A stretch of DNA of 64,000 nt from Camelus dromedarius (lineage: Eukaryota): contig NC_087449.1 in assembly GCF_036321535.1 (NCBI RefSeq), positions 38,874,001-38,938,000 of the forward strand, given 5' to 3'. The notes beneath the pieces were generated by a model, which made no database searches, had not been told where the DNA came from, and saw only the letters and a program-made list of their open reading frames with translations. The first letter of the stretch is position 1. Every line of letters begins with the position of its first letter. The position numbers were made by a program, and so were the translations under genes. This document shows positions 37,891 to 52,899 of the stretch, piece by piece.

Positions 37891-39599
37891 AATGTTGGGG
37901 TTAACCTAGAGATTTATTCAGTGGATTCCCTTTGGTCTGTGTTCTAGGCCTGAGTCTGATTAATAGTTTTATCAATGATTAATCATAAGAAAAAAAGAGC
38001 TGTGTTTACTTAAGCGTTTAGGTCTACCAGCTGCAGACTCTCTGCTTCATTCATTCCTTTGTTCAACAAACATGTACTGAGCACCCAGTATGTGCCAGGC
38101 ATTGTGCCAGGTGTTAGAAATACAGAGATGGGCAGAACAGATGTAATTCCTGTCCTCACAGAGCTTACAATCAGTGGGGGAAGAGAGAGATTAAGCAGGT
38201 AATAACAATAAAATGTTACAACTATTCAGATAGAGGAAGTGCTATGAGTTCTTTAACAGGCAGCCTGGGGCTCAGAGAAAGGCTTCCTGAGGAAGTGATG
38301 CTTGAATTGAGTCCTGAATAATGGAGTTTGACTTAGTCAAATAAAGAGGTTTCAGGAAGGGGAGAGGGTTTAGGCAGAGAAAAATAGTTAATAAAAGGGT
38401 CTGAGATGACTCCATAGAGTGCTATGGGCTTATGGAACAGGAATATCTTCAAATCCACCCACAACTCAAACTAGTATCTTGATGGTCACCAAATCTGTCT
38501 TCAGCTCCAGTCTGCCCCCGGGGGCTCAGGTGCCTTAAATAAGACATGTCCCCAATCAAACTCGTCTACCCCCAAATTTGCTCCTTTTCTTGTACTCTTT
38601 TCCCACTTAACAACACCCCATTTGCCTAGTTTCCCAAGCCAGAAACGTGAGAGAACTTCTGTGGGCGACAAGTGGAGGTGGTAGTTGGGTTAACAGGCAT
38701 GGAACTCAGATTCCAGAGAGAAATGTGGGCAGGAGTACACATTTGAGAGTCCTTATGTGGGAGTGGTGTGGACATACTGACAATGGTTAGATCACTTGGA
38801 GAATGTGAGAGCGAGCAGAGAAGAGGGCTGTGGCTAGAGTCCCAAGAAACACTAACATCTAAGGGATGACGGAAGAACAGCAGGATGGACAGAAAGAAAG
38901 GAGAAAACCAAGAGAACTGGTATCACAGAAACCAAGAGAAGAGTGTGTGTGTGTTTGGTCTATGGTCTTCTTTTTCTTTCCTTTCTTTTTCTTTTGTTGA
39001 GGTATAATTACCAAATAACATTATACAGTTTCAGGGAAGATTGTTTCGAGAAGTGAGAATTGATTGGTTGACACATGCCACTGAGAGGTCATGTATAAGG
39101 ACTGAGGATGTGGTCACTGGGTTTCACAATTAGAAAATCATTGGTAACCTTGGTGAGACCTGCATCAGTGGTGCAGAAGGGAAAGAAGTCAGAGTGCAGT
39201 GGGTGGAGGAGAAGGGGAGGCGGGGAGGTGGAGACAGGGAAGGTCAACAGCCTTTGCAACAAGCTTCAATGTGAAGGGCAGGAGCAAGGTGGGATACAGG
39301 TTCCAGACAAGGATTTAATCAAAAGTTTTAAGGTAGAAGAGATTTGAGCATACATAAATACTGATTAAAAAAACTGGCAATGAGGCAAAAGTGAAGACCA
39401 TAGGAGAGAATGAACAAAGTCCTTAGGGAGCTGGGAAAGGATTCAAGTGCAGTGCAGATACAGGATCAGTCTATCTGGAATACCTACTTTAATTCTGATG
39501 GGGGCAAAGGAAGTTAGGAGTGAGAATGAAGATACATTTACAGGTGGGGAAGACAGGAAGTTGAGGGAGTTCTTGACTTCAGGGATGATATTTCAATCA

Positions 39600-39923
<324 letters not shown>

Positions 39924-41802
39924 TCAGTCCTGAAGTTGGGTACAGAGGAGGGAAAACAGACAGGTTACCAAAGCATTCAGAAGCATGTAACACGTGTACT
40001 CACTCTATGGGTTTTGTTTTGCCAGCAATCATCTGGAGGCAGGGTGAGCCTCCGTCACCCATGTGGATGTAGTGACGTTCAGAATACTCCTTTTGGACTG
40101 GTCACCTGCTACTCGAACAGGGAAGATCTAGCTATGTTGTTATGGAATTAAGAATATCCATGCTTAGGAGCTAAATTTTTAGCCCTTTGGCTTCTCTGCT
40201 GGTGCCGGCAACTAAAAGGACTACAGGCTCCATCTGAAATGATGATGCTGGCTAAAAACCTGGGCCTGTCTCACCCCTCACCTCACAGCATCAGAGATCA
40301 GGTCTTTAGAGACCCAGCCCCCACTCAGGCCAATCAGCCAAGGTAAAATGGTCCAGTAGTCTTGTACCTTGGACTTTTGGACTAACTCTCTTAAAAACAC
40401 CTTAAAAAAAAAAGTTAGTGGGAAGAAAAAGTTCTCATTCCATAGTTGGATTAATGGGCTGTGGTTTGTAGGAGTCTGTGTCCTTGGGAGAGTGTTTTCA
40501 GTGGGGGAGGGAAGGTTTAAAANNNNNNNNNNNNNNNNNNNNNNNNNNNNNNNNNNNNNNNNNNNNNNNNNNNNNNNNNNNNNNNNNNNNNNNNNNNNNN
40601 NNNNNNNNNNNNNNNNNNNNNNNNNNNNNNNNNNNNNNNNNNNNNNNNNNNNNNNNNNNNNNNNNNNNNNNNNNNNNNNNNNNNNNNNNNNNNNNNNNNN
40701 NNNNNNNNNNNNNNNNNNNNNNNNNNNNNNNNNNNNNNNNNNNNNNNNNNNNNNNNNNNNNNNNNNNNNNNNNNNNNNNNNNNNNNNNNNNNNNNNNNNN
40801 NNNNNNNNNNNNNNNNNNNNNNNNNNNNNNNNNNNNNNNNNNNNNNNNNNNNNNNNNNNNNNNNNNNNNNNNNNNNNNNNNNNNNNNNNNNNNNNNNNNN
40901 NNNNNNNNNNNNNNNNNTTTTATTAGTAAGCAATAATCTGAGGTATGCTAAGACAGACATACATACACACCAACCTCCTCTGCTCCCACAGGACACTGGG
41001 TGTGTGCTCCCAGGAAGGGCGGCCATGCAGCCTCAGGGATGGAGACAACCACGAAACCCTGTCAGCCTTAACAGCCAGGTGAATAACTGTGGATCAACCT
41101 GAACACAAAAACGACCCCACCCCCTCAAGGGGTCAGGCATCAATCACTGACATTACAGCCCTCAGTCCAAGAATAACTTACAGAGGCCATGGCCTTTAAC
41201 AGCCAAACTGGTCTCAAGAAAATGGGGATGAGTGGCTGTTCTAGACCCCAGAAGGAGGGGCTGAGACACCACCATGAGCAGGAAAGCACCCTGTGCCCGT
41301 CCCCTGCAGTGGATGGACCCTTTCTAGGATCAAAACTCAAAGTGCCGTCAGAAAGGCGCCCAGTGATTCTGGATTACCAAGGGTGGGAAACTCCATATTA
41401 CAGCCCCTCGAGGTTTCTTTGGATCTCAGTCTTTCCCTATCAGCTTCTTTTCGTTTAAACCAGGAAAAGAAAATTGACAAATGGCAGCCTTAACGGTCAT
41501 AGTGACACAGCCATAAATCAGTGCTGGGCAAGGTGCTGGGGGGAGATGTGGAGGGGTCCACGGCATGGCCCGGCTTGGAGGAGCTCTGGTTCGCCCCGTG
41601 GAGTGGAAGAACATGGGGTTTACAGGCCGACTGGGCTCAAGGCCCAGCTGCCCACTTACTATCCAGTAAAAGTGAAAAAGTAATAGTACCTGCCTTCCCC
41701 TTTGCCACCCTCCAGTCTTAGTCCAGAGGTAACCACTTTCAACTCTTTTGACTTTTTGTCTGGTGTTACCTCTATATGTCCAAATAATGAGTTTATACTA
41801 CA

Positions 41803-42180
41803 TGCTATGGACTAAATCCAACAAATTCATGTGCAGAAGCACTAATCCCCAGTGCCTTAGAATGCGACTCTGGAGATAGGGTCTTTAAAGAGGTAACTGA
41901 GTTAAAATGAAGTCATCAGGGTGGGCCCCCATCCAATATAACCAGTATCTTTATCAGTGGAGATCAGGACATGGACACATACAGAGGGAGGCTCTGTGAG
42001 ACACCAGAAGGCGGCCATCTGCAAGCCAAGGAGGGGGGCCTCAGAAGAAACCAACCCCGAGACATCTTGACCTTGGACACCTTGGTCAGAGGCCTGCAGA
42101 ACTGTGAGATAATAAATTTCTGTTGTTTAAGCCACCTGGTCTGTGGCCCTTTGTCATGGTAGCCTGAGCAGACTAGTACA
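41803..42180 (+). mobile_element. MLT1A/B-like solo LTR
   Basis: tgctatggactaaat...ggccatctgcaagccaagg...aactgtgagataataaatttctgttgtttaagccacc. Confidence 0.8.
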
Positions 42181-45100
42181 TTACTATTACTCAACTGATC
42201 AGTTTTAGGCAATATTTATTCCTAATTCTGAGGAATCAGCCCTCTTGCCCCTTTCTAACCCCCATTTTCTCTCCTCGTTCTCACAGTATGGTTTTCCACA
42301 ATTTATGGTTAAATCAATAGTTGGTTGCTTACATTATTGACCAAGTGAATAAACACTGTTCACTCAAGCTGTAAACTACTATTACATTTTCCTTCTCTTA
42401 CAAGTTGGTTTTACCTGGAGTTCATAATTGTTTCTTTTTCCAATTGTTTAATTTTCTAAGTACTAGAGCTCTTTTCTTCCAAATATTCCAAATACATAGC
42501 AACAATTTTCCCAAAGTTTCAGCCCCTAACTGCTCAGGGCCATCTTCTCCCTGGAGACCTCTGTCCACAGACCTCTGTCTTTCTGCTGCAGGTCAGACTG
42601 GCTGCTTGCTATGCCTGGTGCACAAATGTTGTCCTGAGGTTTCCTTTGGCCAGTCTTCTAAGTCCATCGCCCTATTTCCTGGATCCACCTCATTTTCCTC
42701 TGTTTACTGACTCGTTTTGTTGAAGCACATTCTCCAGCAGCTTTCTAAGAAGTGAAAAAACATGTTTTTTTTCCTGTGTTTCTGAAAGTCTGCAAGTATT
42801 TTGACCTCATGTTAGATTGGCTGGGTGTATAAGTCCAGGTGAGAAATAAGCTTCCCTCAGCTGAGCCTCCCCAGGGTGGCTGTTGAGAAGTCCCAAGTCA
42901 TTCTGATTCCTGGGCCTTTGTCTGTGGCTGGTTTTTTCACTCTTGAGGCTTTAAAACCTTTTCTGAAATTGTATGACGGTATGCCTTGGGGCAGGTCCTT
43001 TTCAGTGATTATACTGTGCCTTTGGTGGGCTCTTTTAATCAGATGCTGTGTCCTTCAGTTTTTGGAAATTTCTTTATCAGGCTAGACTTTTCATTGAGGA
43101 ACTGATAAACGACAGTCAGTGGAGGTTTTAAAATTTTCCCACTTGGGGTTCTCAGGGCCTCTGGAGATGAGTCTTCCACCCTCGCAGGGAGGGTGAGAGG
43201 GTGGGGGTGCTCAATGCCTGGCTGCTGGCCTCTGGGGGTGGGGTGGGGAGGAGCGGGGGCTGCCACATGCAATGTGTATAGATCTTCCCTCCATCCTACA
43301 GTTTTCCTTCCTGTATCTCTTCCCTGCCCTTCAAACCCTGCCTGAGGTCCCAGAGTATGGAGGCCTCCAGCGTTCCTCCTGATGCAGTAAGAGAGTTTAG
43401 AGTAGTTGTTTGGCTTTTGAGAGCAGAGCTCTGGGATGGAGTGGGGGATGGAGGTGGGGAGGGGCAGGGAGTGATCGGCAGACAGACTCAACCAATCCGC
43501 CACGTCTAGCCCTATACCTCATTCCTGACCTTCTGGGGTAACTTGTGCTTCCAAGGCATCAAGCCTCTTGGAGGTCAGATTTGGTGAACCTACTTGCTTC
43601 TTGTTGGTAATCGACCCTGATTGGCACTTGGTTAGTAATTTCTTAGGATGTTTCAAGCCAGGTGACACTCCCCTACCTGCCTTCTACCTTCCAAATGCTG
43701 GTTGACTTTCATCTGCTGTTGCCTCCTTCTCTGAGCTTTTGTGACTTGATATCTTTTCTATCAAATACATTTCTTCAGTGTTAAGCCAGTGAGGTTCTGA
43801 GAGGTAAGGGGGAAATAAACTGGGGCAGTCATGTTTAATCAAGAGACTCTAGCCACTTATTTTTTTTTTTAATCTCAACTTCTCTTCAAAATAAGATTTG
43901 ATGATGGTTGGACAAAAACAAAAACCAAACAACCAATGAGTATAATTTTAAAAAGAATTTAAAGAGGAGAACAGTGGGAAAAGGGGGGAAATGTGCCAAT
44001 TTCAAGAGTTAACATTACACCTGCAGGCTTTATGACTCCCAAATCCATATTTTCAGCCTGGGCCTCCCTCCAGGCTGAGAATATGACTAAGTGACTACAG
44101 ACATCTTCCTGGGTATGTTTCACACACTCTTCTAATCAGTAAGTCCTGCAGTGAACTCATCAGGCCCTCACACCTGCTCCTTTCCCTGTGCTGGTCCTAT
44201 TTCAGTGACTGTTCCCACCCTCCTAGTCACTCAAGGGCTAGCTTCGATGTATTCCTCTCCCTTGCCCTCCTTACTGAACTGTTGCTGGGTTCTGCCAATT
44301 ACACCACCTCAATCTCCCTCAGCTCAGTCTATCTTCACCTCCACTGCTATGATTTCAGTTTCCCCCTCAACCCTCACATGGGTCACTGCAACTGCCTGCT
44401 AACTGATCTTCTGGTTTATCCCATCCTAATCTACACAGTGATGTGAGATCCTTTTTTTTGAATCATTAAAATAAAACGTGCTTTATTTTTAAATTTTTTA
44501 AGCAATTTGTAAAGGTTACACCCCATTTACAGTTATTACAAAATATTGGCTATACTTCTCGTGTAGTGATGTGAGATTATTTTAAAAATGCAAATCAGGC
44601 AGATTTCCCTGCTTAAAACTCTTCAGTTGTTTCCCATTACCCACAAGATAAAGTTTCAAACATCTCAAGCCAAACAGCTTCCATCTAAATTTTGCCAAAA
44701 CTGAAATCTGACTGTCCCTCTCATCCGCACAGCCTTGCCATGCCACTGCCTCCAGTGGGAATTAATAAGAAGCTGCCAGCTTCCCCTCAATTCACAAAAC
44801 ATTCTCTAAAGTCCTCATACCTTCTCACTGTTTCTCGATCACTTCTTTTCCTCTGAGGTCCTCCTGTCCTTTCCCCTCTCCCAAGTCCTGGTGCTGATTT
44901 ACTGGCCACTCCCTCCTGTACCTAAGTCTTCCTGTTTACTTACCAGCTGCTAGGCAGTTTCAACAACACATTCCATCTTCGTCATTTGGCCAGTATCGTC
45001 CTGGCACATAATGGGTATCCAACAAGTGTTGTTTAAACTGACGTCCAACACACTGTGCTCATAATGAGCTCTTTAATTTCCTTAACTCCACACAGTAATT

Positions 45101-45340
45101 AAACAGATGTCCTGGGGGCCACTCCTAGCCAAGCACTGGAACTGGAATTGGTTAATGTAACAAATATGTTCTTTGCCCTCCAGGTGCTTACAGACTGGTG
45201 GGACCTAAAGGCAACCAGGTGATTTTAATGAAAAGTGAAAAGGATCTATTGGGGCTCACAGGAGAGGCACAAAATCTAGACTCCAGGGACCTCCAACCAA
45301 CCTAGCATTCACACTCATGATCCACACTAAACTTTGTAGT

Positions 45341-45378
45341 GCTTCCGTAGTGTAGTGGTCAGCATGTTCGCCTTACAC
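45341..45378 (+). pseudogene. Tailless retrocopy of the 5' half of tRNA-Val
   Basis: gcttccgtagtgtagtggtcagcatgttcgccttacac matches tRNA-Val nt 1-38; 15-bp TSD cacactaaactttgt (45323-45337 and 45376-45390). Confidence 0.85.
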
Positions 45379-46281
45379 ACTAAACTTTGTGAATAGCTTG
45401 TGAAGTCTACAGTTCCAAGCTCCTTACCCTCCCTCTACTCTCAGGAGATCTACTTTTGGGCTTAACAAAAAAGTTAAAGGCCAGTGGAAAGAACGTCCTC
45501 ACCGTCTCTTCATTCCGCCCGTGTTACATGTATCCATGCCCATTGTTCTCTTCTCCTCCTTTACCCCTTTACCAGAGTTACACATCCACCCGTCCCCAAC
45601 CATGAGTGCCTCTTCCCTTGGATCCTCAACATATTTCTTTAATTAGGCATTTCTTTCTTAACTTACTTAATTCTTGCCTATCCTAAAGCAAAAATGAGCA
45701 AAAATGAAAACAAAAGCCACTGACTTCAACCTCCTGTCCCCCTCCAGCCACCTCTCTGGTTTTCTCACTTCACGGCAAAGCTTCTTAAAAACAGTCTACA
45801 CGCCCTTCTCTGTTCCTCCACTGACAGTTCACTCCTCAACCCGCTGCAATTCCGCTTCTCTGTCACCCCCACCCCCTCACTTGCACACTTTAGCCATGTG
45901 TCTGATAACCTCCTAATTGCCCAATTCAGTGAGGACATCTTAGTCCTTTGCTCACTTATCCTGTTGCTGCAACAACATCACTGACCATCCCACCGGCTCA
46001 ACAGGCTTTCTTTCCTGATGCCTCTCCACCCTGACATCTTCTCTTGGACAGCCTGAATCCCTGGCTGCCGCCCCAACTTTAAGTCTCCAGCATCTGTCAC
46101 ACTGTATGTAAATCCTCAGAAAACGGTCTCGGATAAGACTAGGAGCACCCCTGCCCCCGCTCCCCCTACAAACCTCACCATCAGCAATTCCATTCAACGT
46201 GAAATTCAACAAATAGTGAGACAAGTGTGTCCCATCCTTGTGCTGGGCCTCTAGGGATAACTGTGAAACAGACACAGTTCC

Positions 46282-46397
46282 CAAGGGGAAGGGTATAGCT
46301 CAGTGGTAGAGTGCATGCTTAGCATGCCTGCGGTCCTGGATTCAATCTGCAGTACCGCCATTAAAATAAATAAACCTAATTACCTCACCTCCAAAAG
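46282..46397 (+). mobile_element. Camelid tRNA-derived SINE (Vic-1-like)
   Basis: SINE head and tail; TSD acagttcc. Confidence 0.88.
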
Positions 46398-49344
46398 ACA
46401 GTTCCTGCCCTCAAGGGGTATGCAGTTTGGGGGTGGCACAGAGCCTTGTAAATAAGGAATTTTTTTTTAAGTCTAATGGTGTGGTAAGTGCTAGGATGGG
46501 GCAAGCACGGGATACTCTGGAAATGTGAGCAAGCGACACCCAACCCAGCCTTAGTTGAAGTGGTGGCTGTTACGGAAGATTTCTGGAGGAGATGCCATCC
46601 CGGCTGAAAGGCATCTGCAGCTAGCCAGGTGGAGAGGTGAGGAGGCTGTATTCCAGGTAGAGGGAATAAAATATGCAGAGACTCAGAGTGTGAGAGTGTA
46701 AGGTATATTTAAAGAATTGCCAAGTGGAAGGCAGTGCAGTGTAGTGGTTAGACACACAGACACTGGAGTTGGAGGTGTTTATCCCTCCCAGCTGTGTGAC
46801 ATTATGCAAATTATTTAATCTCTCCAGGTTTCCGTTCTCTTACCTGAGAGGAGGTGATAGTAATACCTCACAAGGGTCAACAAACTATACAGAAAATCCT
46901 CAATAAAGCTTAGGTCTTATTTTCATGGCTGAGATTGTTCAGAATGGCTAGAGCAGAGTATGCAGCTGGAAGGGGCAGGAGATGAGGCTGGGGAAAAGGG
47001 TAGAGGCCAGAGAACACGGGGCCTTGATGCTCTGCGGCAGGGTCTGCACTCTACCTTGAGGGCAACTCAAGGGTATTGGGGGCTTTTAAGTCAAGAGTGA
47101 CAAGGAAAGAGTTTGTTCTAGAAATATCATCTTGACTGCAGTGCAGAAGGGTGATCAGAAGGGGGCAAGAATGGAGGTGGGACACCAGTTAGGAAGCTGT
47201 TCCCATAATCTTGGCAAAAGATGCTGATGCCACTAGGGCTGGAGAGAAGTAGAAATGCCTCATAGGGAGAAGCAACAGGACCTGGTGACTGTCTAGTTGT
47301 GGAGGATGGAAGGGCGCCCAGTCAAGGAGGATGCCCAGATAACCTCGCTTCCTACTTCACAGAGAAAACAGGCCCATCGGGCGCTAGTCTCTTCTTTCCC
47401 TACCATTCTTAACCTCCCCACATCAGCACTTCCTCCCTCTCCACCTCCAAATTTCTCCCTCTGCCCTACAGGATAAAGTCTGAACTCAGTGGAGCATACA
47501 AGGTCCTTCAAAACTTGGCCCCAGCCTCACCTTATCTGCAGTCACTTCCACATTACAACAGACCTCGACTTCTCAACTCCCCAGACCCTTCCAGGGCCCT
47601 CCTGTATCTCAACCCTGCTCTGCCATCAGGAATGGCCAGCCCCCTTTTTGCCCTTTGTTAATTCCCCAGGACAACTAGGAGTTCTTGGTTCTATGGTCCC
47701 ATCCATGCCACCTCTTCCCCTGCTGTGCTGTAAAACGCCACCACCCCTCCCACTAGAGTGTGAGTTCCTCCCCGGCAGGGGTTGGTCTTCCCTATCTCAG
47801 TGTCCCTAGGGCCTGGCATAATGCCTGGCACAAAATAGATGTTTAATAAATGCTCACTGGGTGAATGAGTGAAGAAAACAGCCAGTGCCTGTTTCGATGG
47901 TTATATCTGAATGTCCATGATATGTAGGTCCATAAAACTACCAACTTCCCAAAGCTGCCACGTGCGGAGTGGCAGAATCTCCATCCAAGAAGGCCAGTGC
48001 AAAGTCTATGAGGCATTTTACAGCTGTGCCAGGAAATAGCAATGTCAGCGGCGGTGTCATCTTTGGACACTAAGGACAGGGATTCAGCGCCATGAACGGT
48101 CAGTTACATTGTAATTGGAGTGAACTGTTCCTCTGCAAACCATAATGTGCTTTAGCTGCAGCCAAATGGCATTCAAGGAGGGGAGGAAATTTTTTGAAAT
48201 GTCAAAGAAATTATTTCCAATTTGGTGCTCACAACCAGAGACTCTAATGATCAGTAGAAATGAGAAGCAAACAAATTAGCACTAATGGAAAATGGCTTTT
48301 GGAAAAGGGGATTTAATTTATAGTCAACTGATCGTGGCTTGCAGCATGCAGTAAAAGTCAGTTTCACCAGCTTGATCATAAGAAGCCGAGCACACCCGGA
48401 ATGCCAGAGAAAAATATACATATGCCATCATGCTTATTGGAATCTTTCTGTAAGTGGCAGCCAATTAAAATTGTCATTACTTTACCTTGGAGAGAAAATG
48501 GTCTGAAAAAATCAAAGCACATGAAATTAAATTCCAGATTAGGAATCCCAGTCCAAATTGGTTTGTTTGTGGCCTTCTAACCTTGGCAAGGTCTTCTGCA
48601 AGGATGACAAACCTACTTTGTCTCCAGCCCAGAGTGGACCCTTTGTTTTTAATTTCCTCTCCATCTTCAGAGGTGATTAATAAATCTGGACTCATCCACA
48701 AATCACTTCTATAGCAGCCAAATGGTTCTTCTTCATGCCGGGAAATGAAAATAACAAAAATCTCAAAAAACCCCAGCTCTTGTACTGAGCCAAAGGTCCT
48801 TAGCAATGAGGAGCAAGCGAGAAGAGGTATTAAAAATGAAAAGGTCACTAGGTCTTGTTTCTAAATAAAATTTCTCAGAGGGCTTTTTTTCTCCCTATAT
48901 TCAGACATGTTTCTAAAAGCAAGAAGCCTCCAGGGTATGGGCTGCCTGCTGGCTCACCGGGCCTACTGTCCCCACATGGCCTCGGAGACAACAAGGCAGT
49001 CACTGTCTCCTGTTCCTGCTGGTTCCACCTGCAGAATGGGACTGACGTCTTCTCCCAACCTTACTCCTCACTTTCAGCTCCTCAGTCAGAGACAGAGGGA
49101 GATGGGGAGGCAGAGGGGGAGAAGAGAGAGGCCGAGAGAGAAACACTCTCCTTCCAAACTTCAGGCCCAGCCAAAGAGGGCAACCTGGCCATTACTTCCA
49201 TCTCAGGGCCATATGCACTACAATTTGTCACAGTTCTCATAGATGTCCTTTCTGCTCCCCACTCATACCTTCCTTTTTAAAAAATTTTTTTGCTTTAAGT
49301 CACCCTGGAAATAGAGACCTCCAGGGCACAACAGCTCATCATTG

Positions 49345-49510
49345 TGGGTTTTTTTTTTTAGTTGATTTACAATGCTCTGTTAGTTTCTGGTGTACAGCAT
49401 AGTGATTTGGTTAAATATATATATATATTCTTTATCATTATAGGTTATTACAAGATATTGAATACAGCTCCCTGTGCTAAACAGTAGGCCCTTATTATTT
49501 ATCTATTTTA
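49345..49510 (-). mobile_element. L1 3' end fragment (artiodactyl type)
   Basis: T run followed by agttgatttacaatg...ggtgtacagcatagtgat...aagatattgaata. Confidence 0.75.
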
Positions 49511-51172
49511 TCATATCCTCCTCACAGACCTCTCCTACCACCCATCAGTTCCCCACAGACTCCATCTGCCACCATCTTTTCCTCACATACTCTCTCCATA
49601 TACCATTGCTCCCCACCTCCTTCCCGCAGAACCCACTGCCTTCACCACCTCCCCAGACTGAACCTCATTCTCTACCCACAGACCCCCTTTTCCTCTCCCT
49701 AGACTCACTTCTGCCCCCAGCTCCACTCCACAGGCCTGCCCTCACACTCTCCCCGCAAAATGTAACTCTCTAAGTCAACCCTCATCTCTACCCACGTTCT
49801 CCTCACTGCTTCACTGCTCTGTGCCTCATCTTCCTTGACCTGATTTCCTGCCCTTCCTTCCCAGTTTTCTTACTCTGCCCTGGAAAACCTTTGTTCCTGA
49901 TCATCAAAGTCTCATCTCCACACCTGGTCTGCCCACCTCCAGCCTGCCCCAAAGGCTGGCTATACCTCAGGGCACCACTTCTGTATAGCCAGCCCCGCTG
50001 GAGGTGGCTTGTACTCGTAAACCGCAGGGATCTCAGGGTTGGGAGAGAGGCTAGTGTCTCCTCACCAAAGCCCAACCAGTCCCTTATTCCACTTCCTCCT
50101 TGTAAAAACCCTTGATACTTTAGGGTCATGCCATTCAGCTAAATTGACTTTTGCCCCTCCTCCTGCTGTCACCTACAGACTCCAGAACAACCTGCTTCAT
50201 TCATCAAGGACCTGGGTATCTAGGTCACAAACATCCTCTTTCCCTTTTCCCTCCTCAAGTCCTGCCCTCGGCTGGGGGGATTTCAACGGCCAGGTCAACA
50301 TCTTGGCTGTCTTCTGTACTTCACTTTGGCCACCCACTCCTGTGGCCACACCCTGGGCCTTGTCATCAGCTAGAACTACTTAAACTTCATTACTCCACTT
50401 TCTGATCATAACTCTCTCATTCAACTACTTCCAAGACATGGGTTCTCAGACTTCACTGGGACCCCTGGTCCATGACACTTTTACCCTCTCCTACGCAGTT
50501 TAGGGTTGAAGGTCCATCATCTCAACCACTCTTTTGCCAGGATCCTCAACTTCCTTGTCCTTTGTCCTTCCATTTCATCCACCTGATAAAATTCAAACCT
50601 AGATCAATTCAATCCACATCTCTGCACCATTCAGATGGCTGAATATGGGGGGAAAAGACACAGCACACAACCATGCACACCGCTGCTACTACAAACTGAT
50701 GGTCACCATCCACAACAGGTCTCATAACTGCCCAGAAATGCTACTCAGTCATCTTCCTCCCATTCTCCATTGCAGCTACTTCATCCCTCCTCTGCTTGTC
50801 TCAAACCTTGCACACCATCTCCAATCTCTCTCTCACTGGCTGATGTCATGTCCCTATTTCAAAGAAAAAATAGAAACTACCAAACAAGAATTCTCTCGAC
50901 TTCCTGCCACCGAATCTACTAATGTACTAACCTCACATGCTTCTTTTTTGTCACAGTGCAAATGTCCCTCTAAGTGAATTTTTCCACCAATGTGTTGGAT
51001 CCCCTACTTTATTCTTTTCCTGGGGGCTCCACTCTGTTATCTCCTTCTCCCTATAGTAGTATATTTTCCCTCTTTGCTGGATTCATGCCAACAGCCTTTC
51101 TCCCATCTGAATAAAAACCTCTGTCTCCTTCTAGCTATTGCTTTCCCTTATTTTTCTCCTAAAGAGCCAAAC

Positions 51173-51295
51173 TTTTTTTTTTCGGGGGGGGGAAGTAATT
51201 AGATTTATTTATTTCTTTGGTGGCTGTACTGGGGATTGAACCCAGGACCTCACGCATGCTAGGCATGCACTCTACCACTGAGCTATACCTTCCCC
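51173..51295 (-). mobile_element. Camelid tRNA-derived SINE (Vic-1-like)
   Basis: ggggattgaacccaggacctc...ctctaccactgagctatacc. Confidence 0.88.
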
Positions 51296-52899
51296 TACCC
51301 CACACTCCTTAAACGTATAGTCTTCTCTTCTTCACCTTCCCACCCACTTCTCAACTCACTGTAATTTGACCTCTGTTTCCACCACTCCACTGAAACTGCC
51401 TTTGCAAAGGTCATCAACCACTTCCTTGTTTCTAAAGCCAGTGGATTTTTTCAGACCTTATTTTATTAGTCATCAGCCTTCAACACTTTCCCCCCTTGGT
51501 TTGTGGAAAACCACGTTCTACTACTGATTATTTAACCATTCTAGACCCTTCATCTCAATCACTTTTGCAGATTCATCCTCCTTTGCCAGAACCTCAAACT
51601 TAGGTGCTCCCCAGGCTCTGTCCTAGGCCTTCTTTTCTTCGTATTCTACATGGACTCTCTGGGAAAACTGGACAAATCAATCCACTAGTGTGGCTGCCAT
51701 CTGTAAGGCACTACAGACTACACATTTTAATTTCCAGTTTAGACTTACCTAGCAAACTCCAGTCAGGCATATTTAACTGCCTCCTTGAAACCTCCACTTA
51801 GATGATGTCCCGCTGGCACCTCAAACTCTCCATGCCCAGAGCTGACCCTCTACTAAAAACTCTCCTGTTTGCCCAAGCCAGGAATTTGGAAGTCATTCTT
51901 CATTTCTCCTACTTGCCCCATATCCAACCAGTCACCAAGTCCAGTTCTTTTAAACTCGTGTCTAAGGAATCCATCCTCTCCTCTTCATTCCTGTTACATC
52001 TCCATGCTTCAGGCCTCCATAATTCTTCCTCATTACTGAAACAACTTCCTAACTGGTCTCCCTTCTCCCAATCCCCAATCCATTCTCTTCACTAATCTTT
52101 CGAAAACACAAATCTGCTTGTTACTCCTTTGCTTAAAGCCCTGCCAATGACTCCATATTGTCCTCAGGATTAGGACTAAGCTCTTGCACTCATTGGTGTA
52201 AAATGCACTGGAAAATTTTTCCATCAGTAAGGTCTACCCATAAGATCAGAGCTGACCTAGACATCAAAGACCCTCCAGGATCTGGGTCTATCTATTCTTC
52301 CAAGGTTGCTCTCCCATTAGTCTCTCCTCTGGCCAGAAGATGCTCCTAATTTCTGGCACTAACCCTTTACTTCCCCTCTCTGAGCCCTGCAAAGACCCAT
52401 GTCACTACAAGTCTTTCAAAGCCCAGCACAAGAGCCATCGCACTGCCATAAATGTCCCTTCTGATTCTGAGCTCCTAAAATCCTTAGGGCCTGCTCTTCT
52501 GTAGTATTTATCCCTTGCATAGAATTAGAGTTGGTTCATGCATGGTTCCCCTCCCTCTCGTTTTAAGACTTACGGAAGTCAGAGTCAAAAACTTAATCCT
52601 CACTAGAGTCCACCTACATAACAGGTGCTCAGTAAATATACGTTAAATGCGTGGATAAACACCTAACCCCTTTATGTCCTGCGCGAACAGGGCATTCTCT
52701 AAAGTTTCCCCCATAAAACAACACCTCCTCTGCCTCCCACCCATCCCACCAGCCAGAATATGCCTCAACCCACTGGGCGGAGGATGGGCCGGCAAGCACC
52801 CCCTTGGCCGTTTTGTACGGATTTTCTACCTCCAGCCTTCGGAGCTGCGGTTGGTAGAGGATGGTAGAGGTAGCTAGACGATGTAAATCAAAGAGCATT

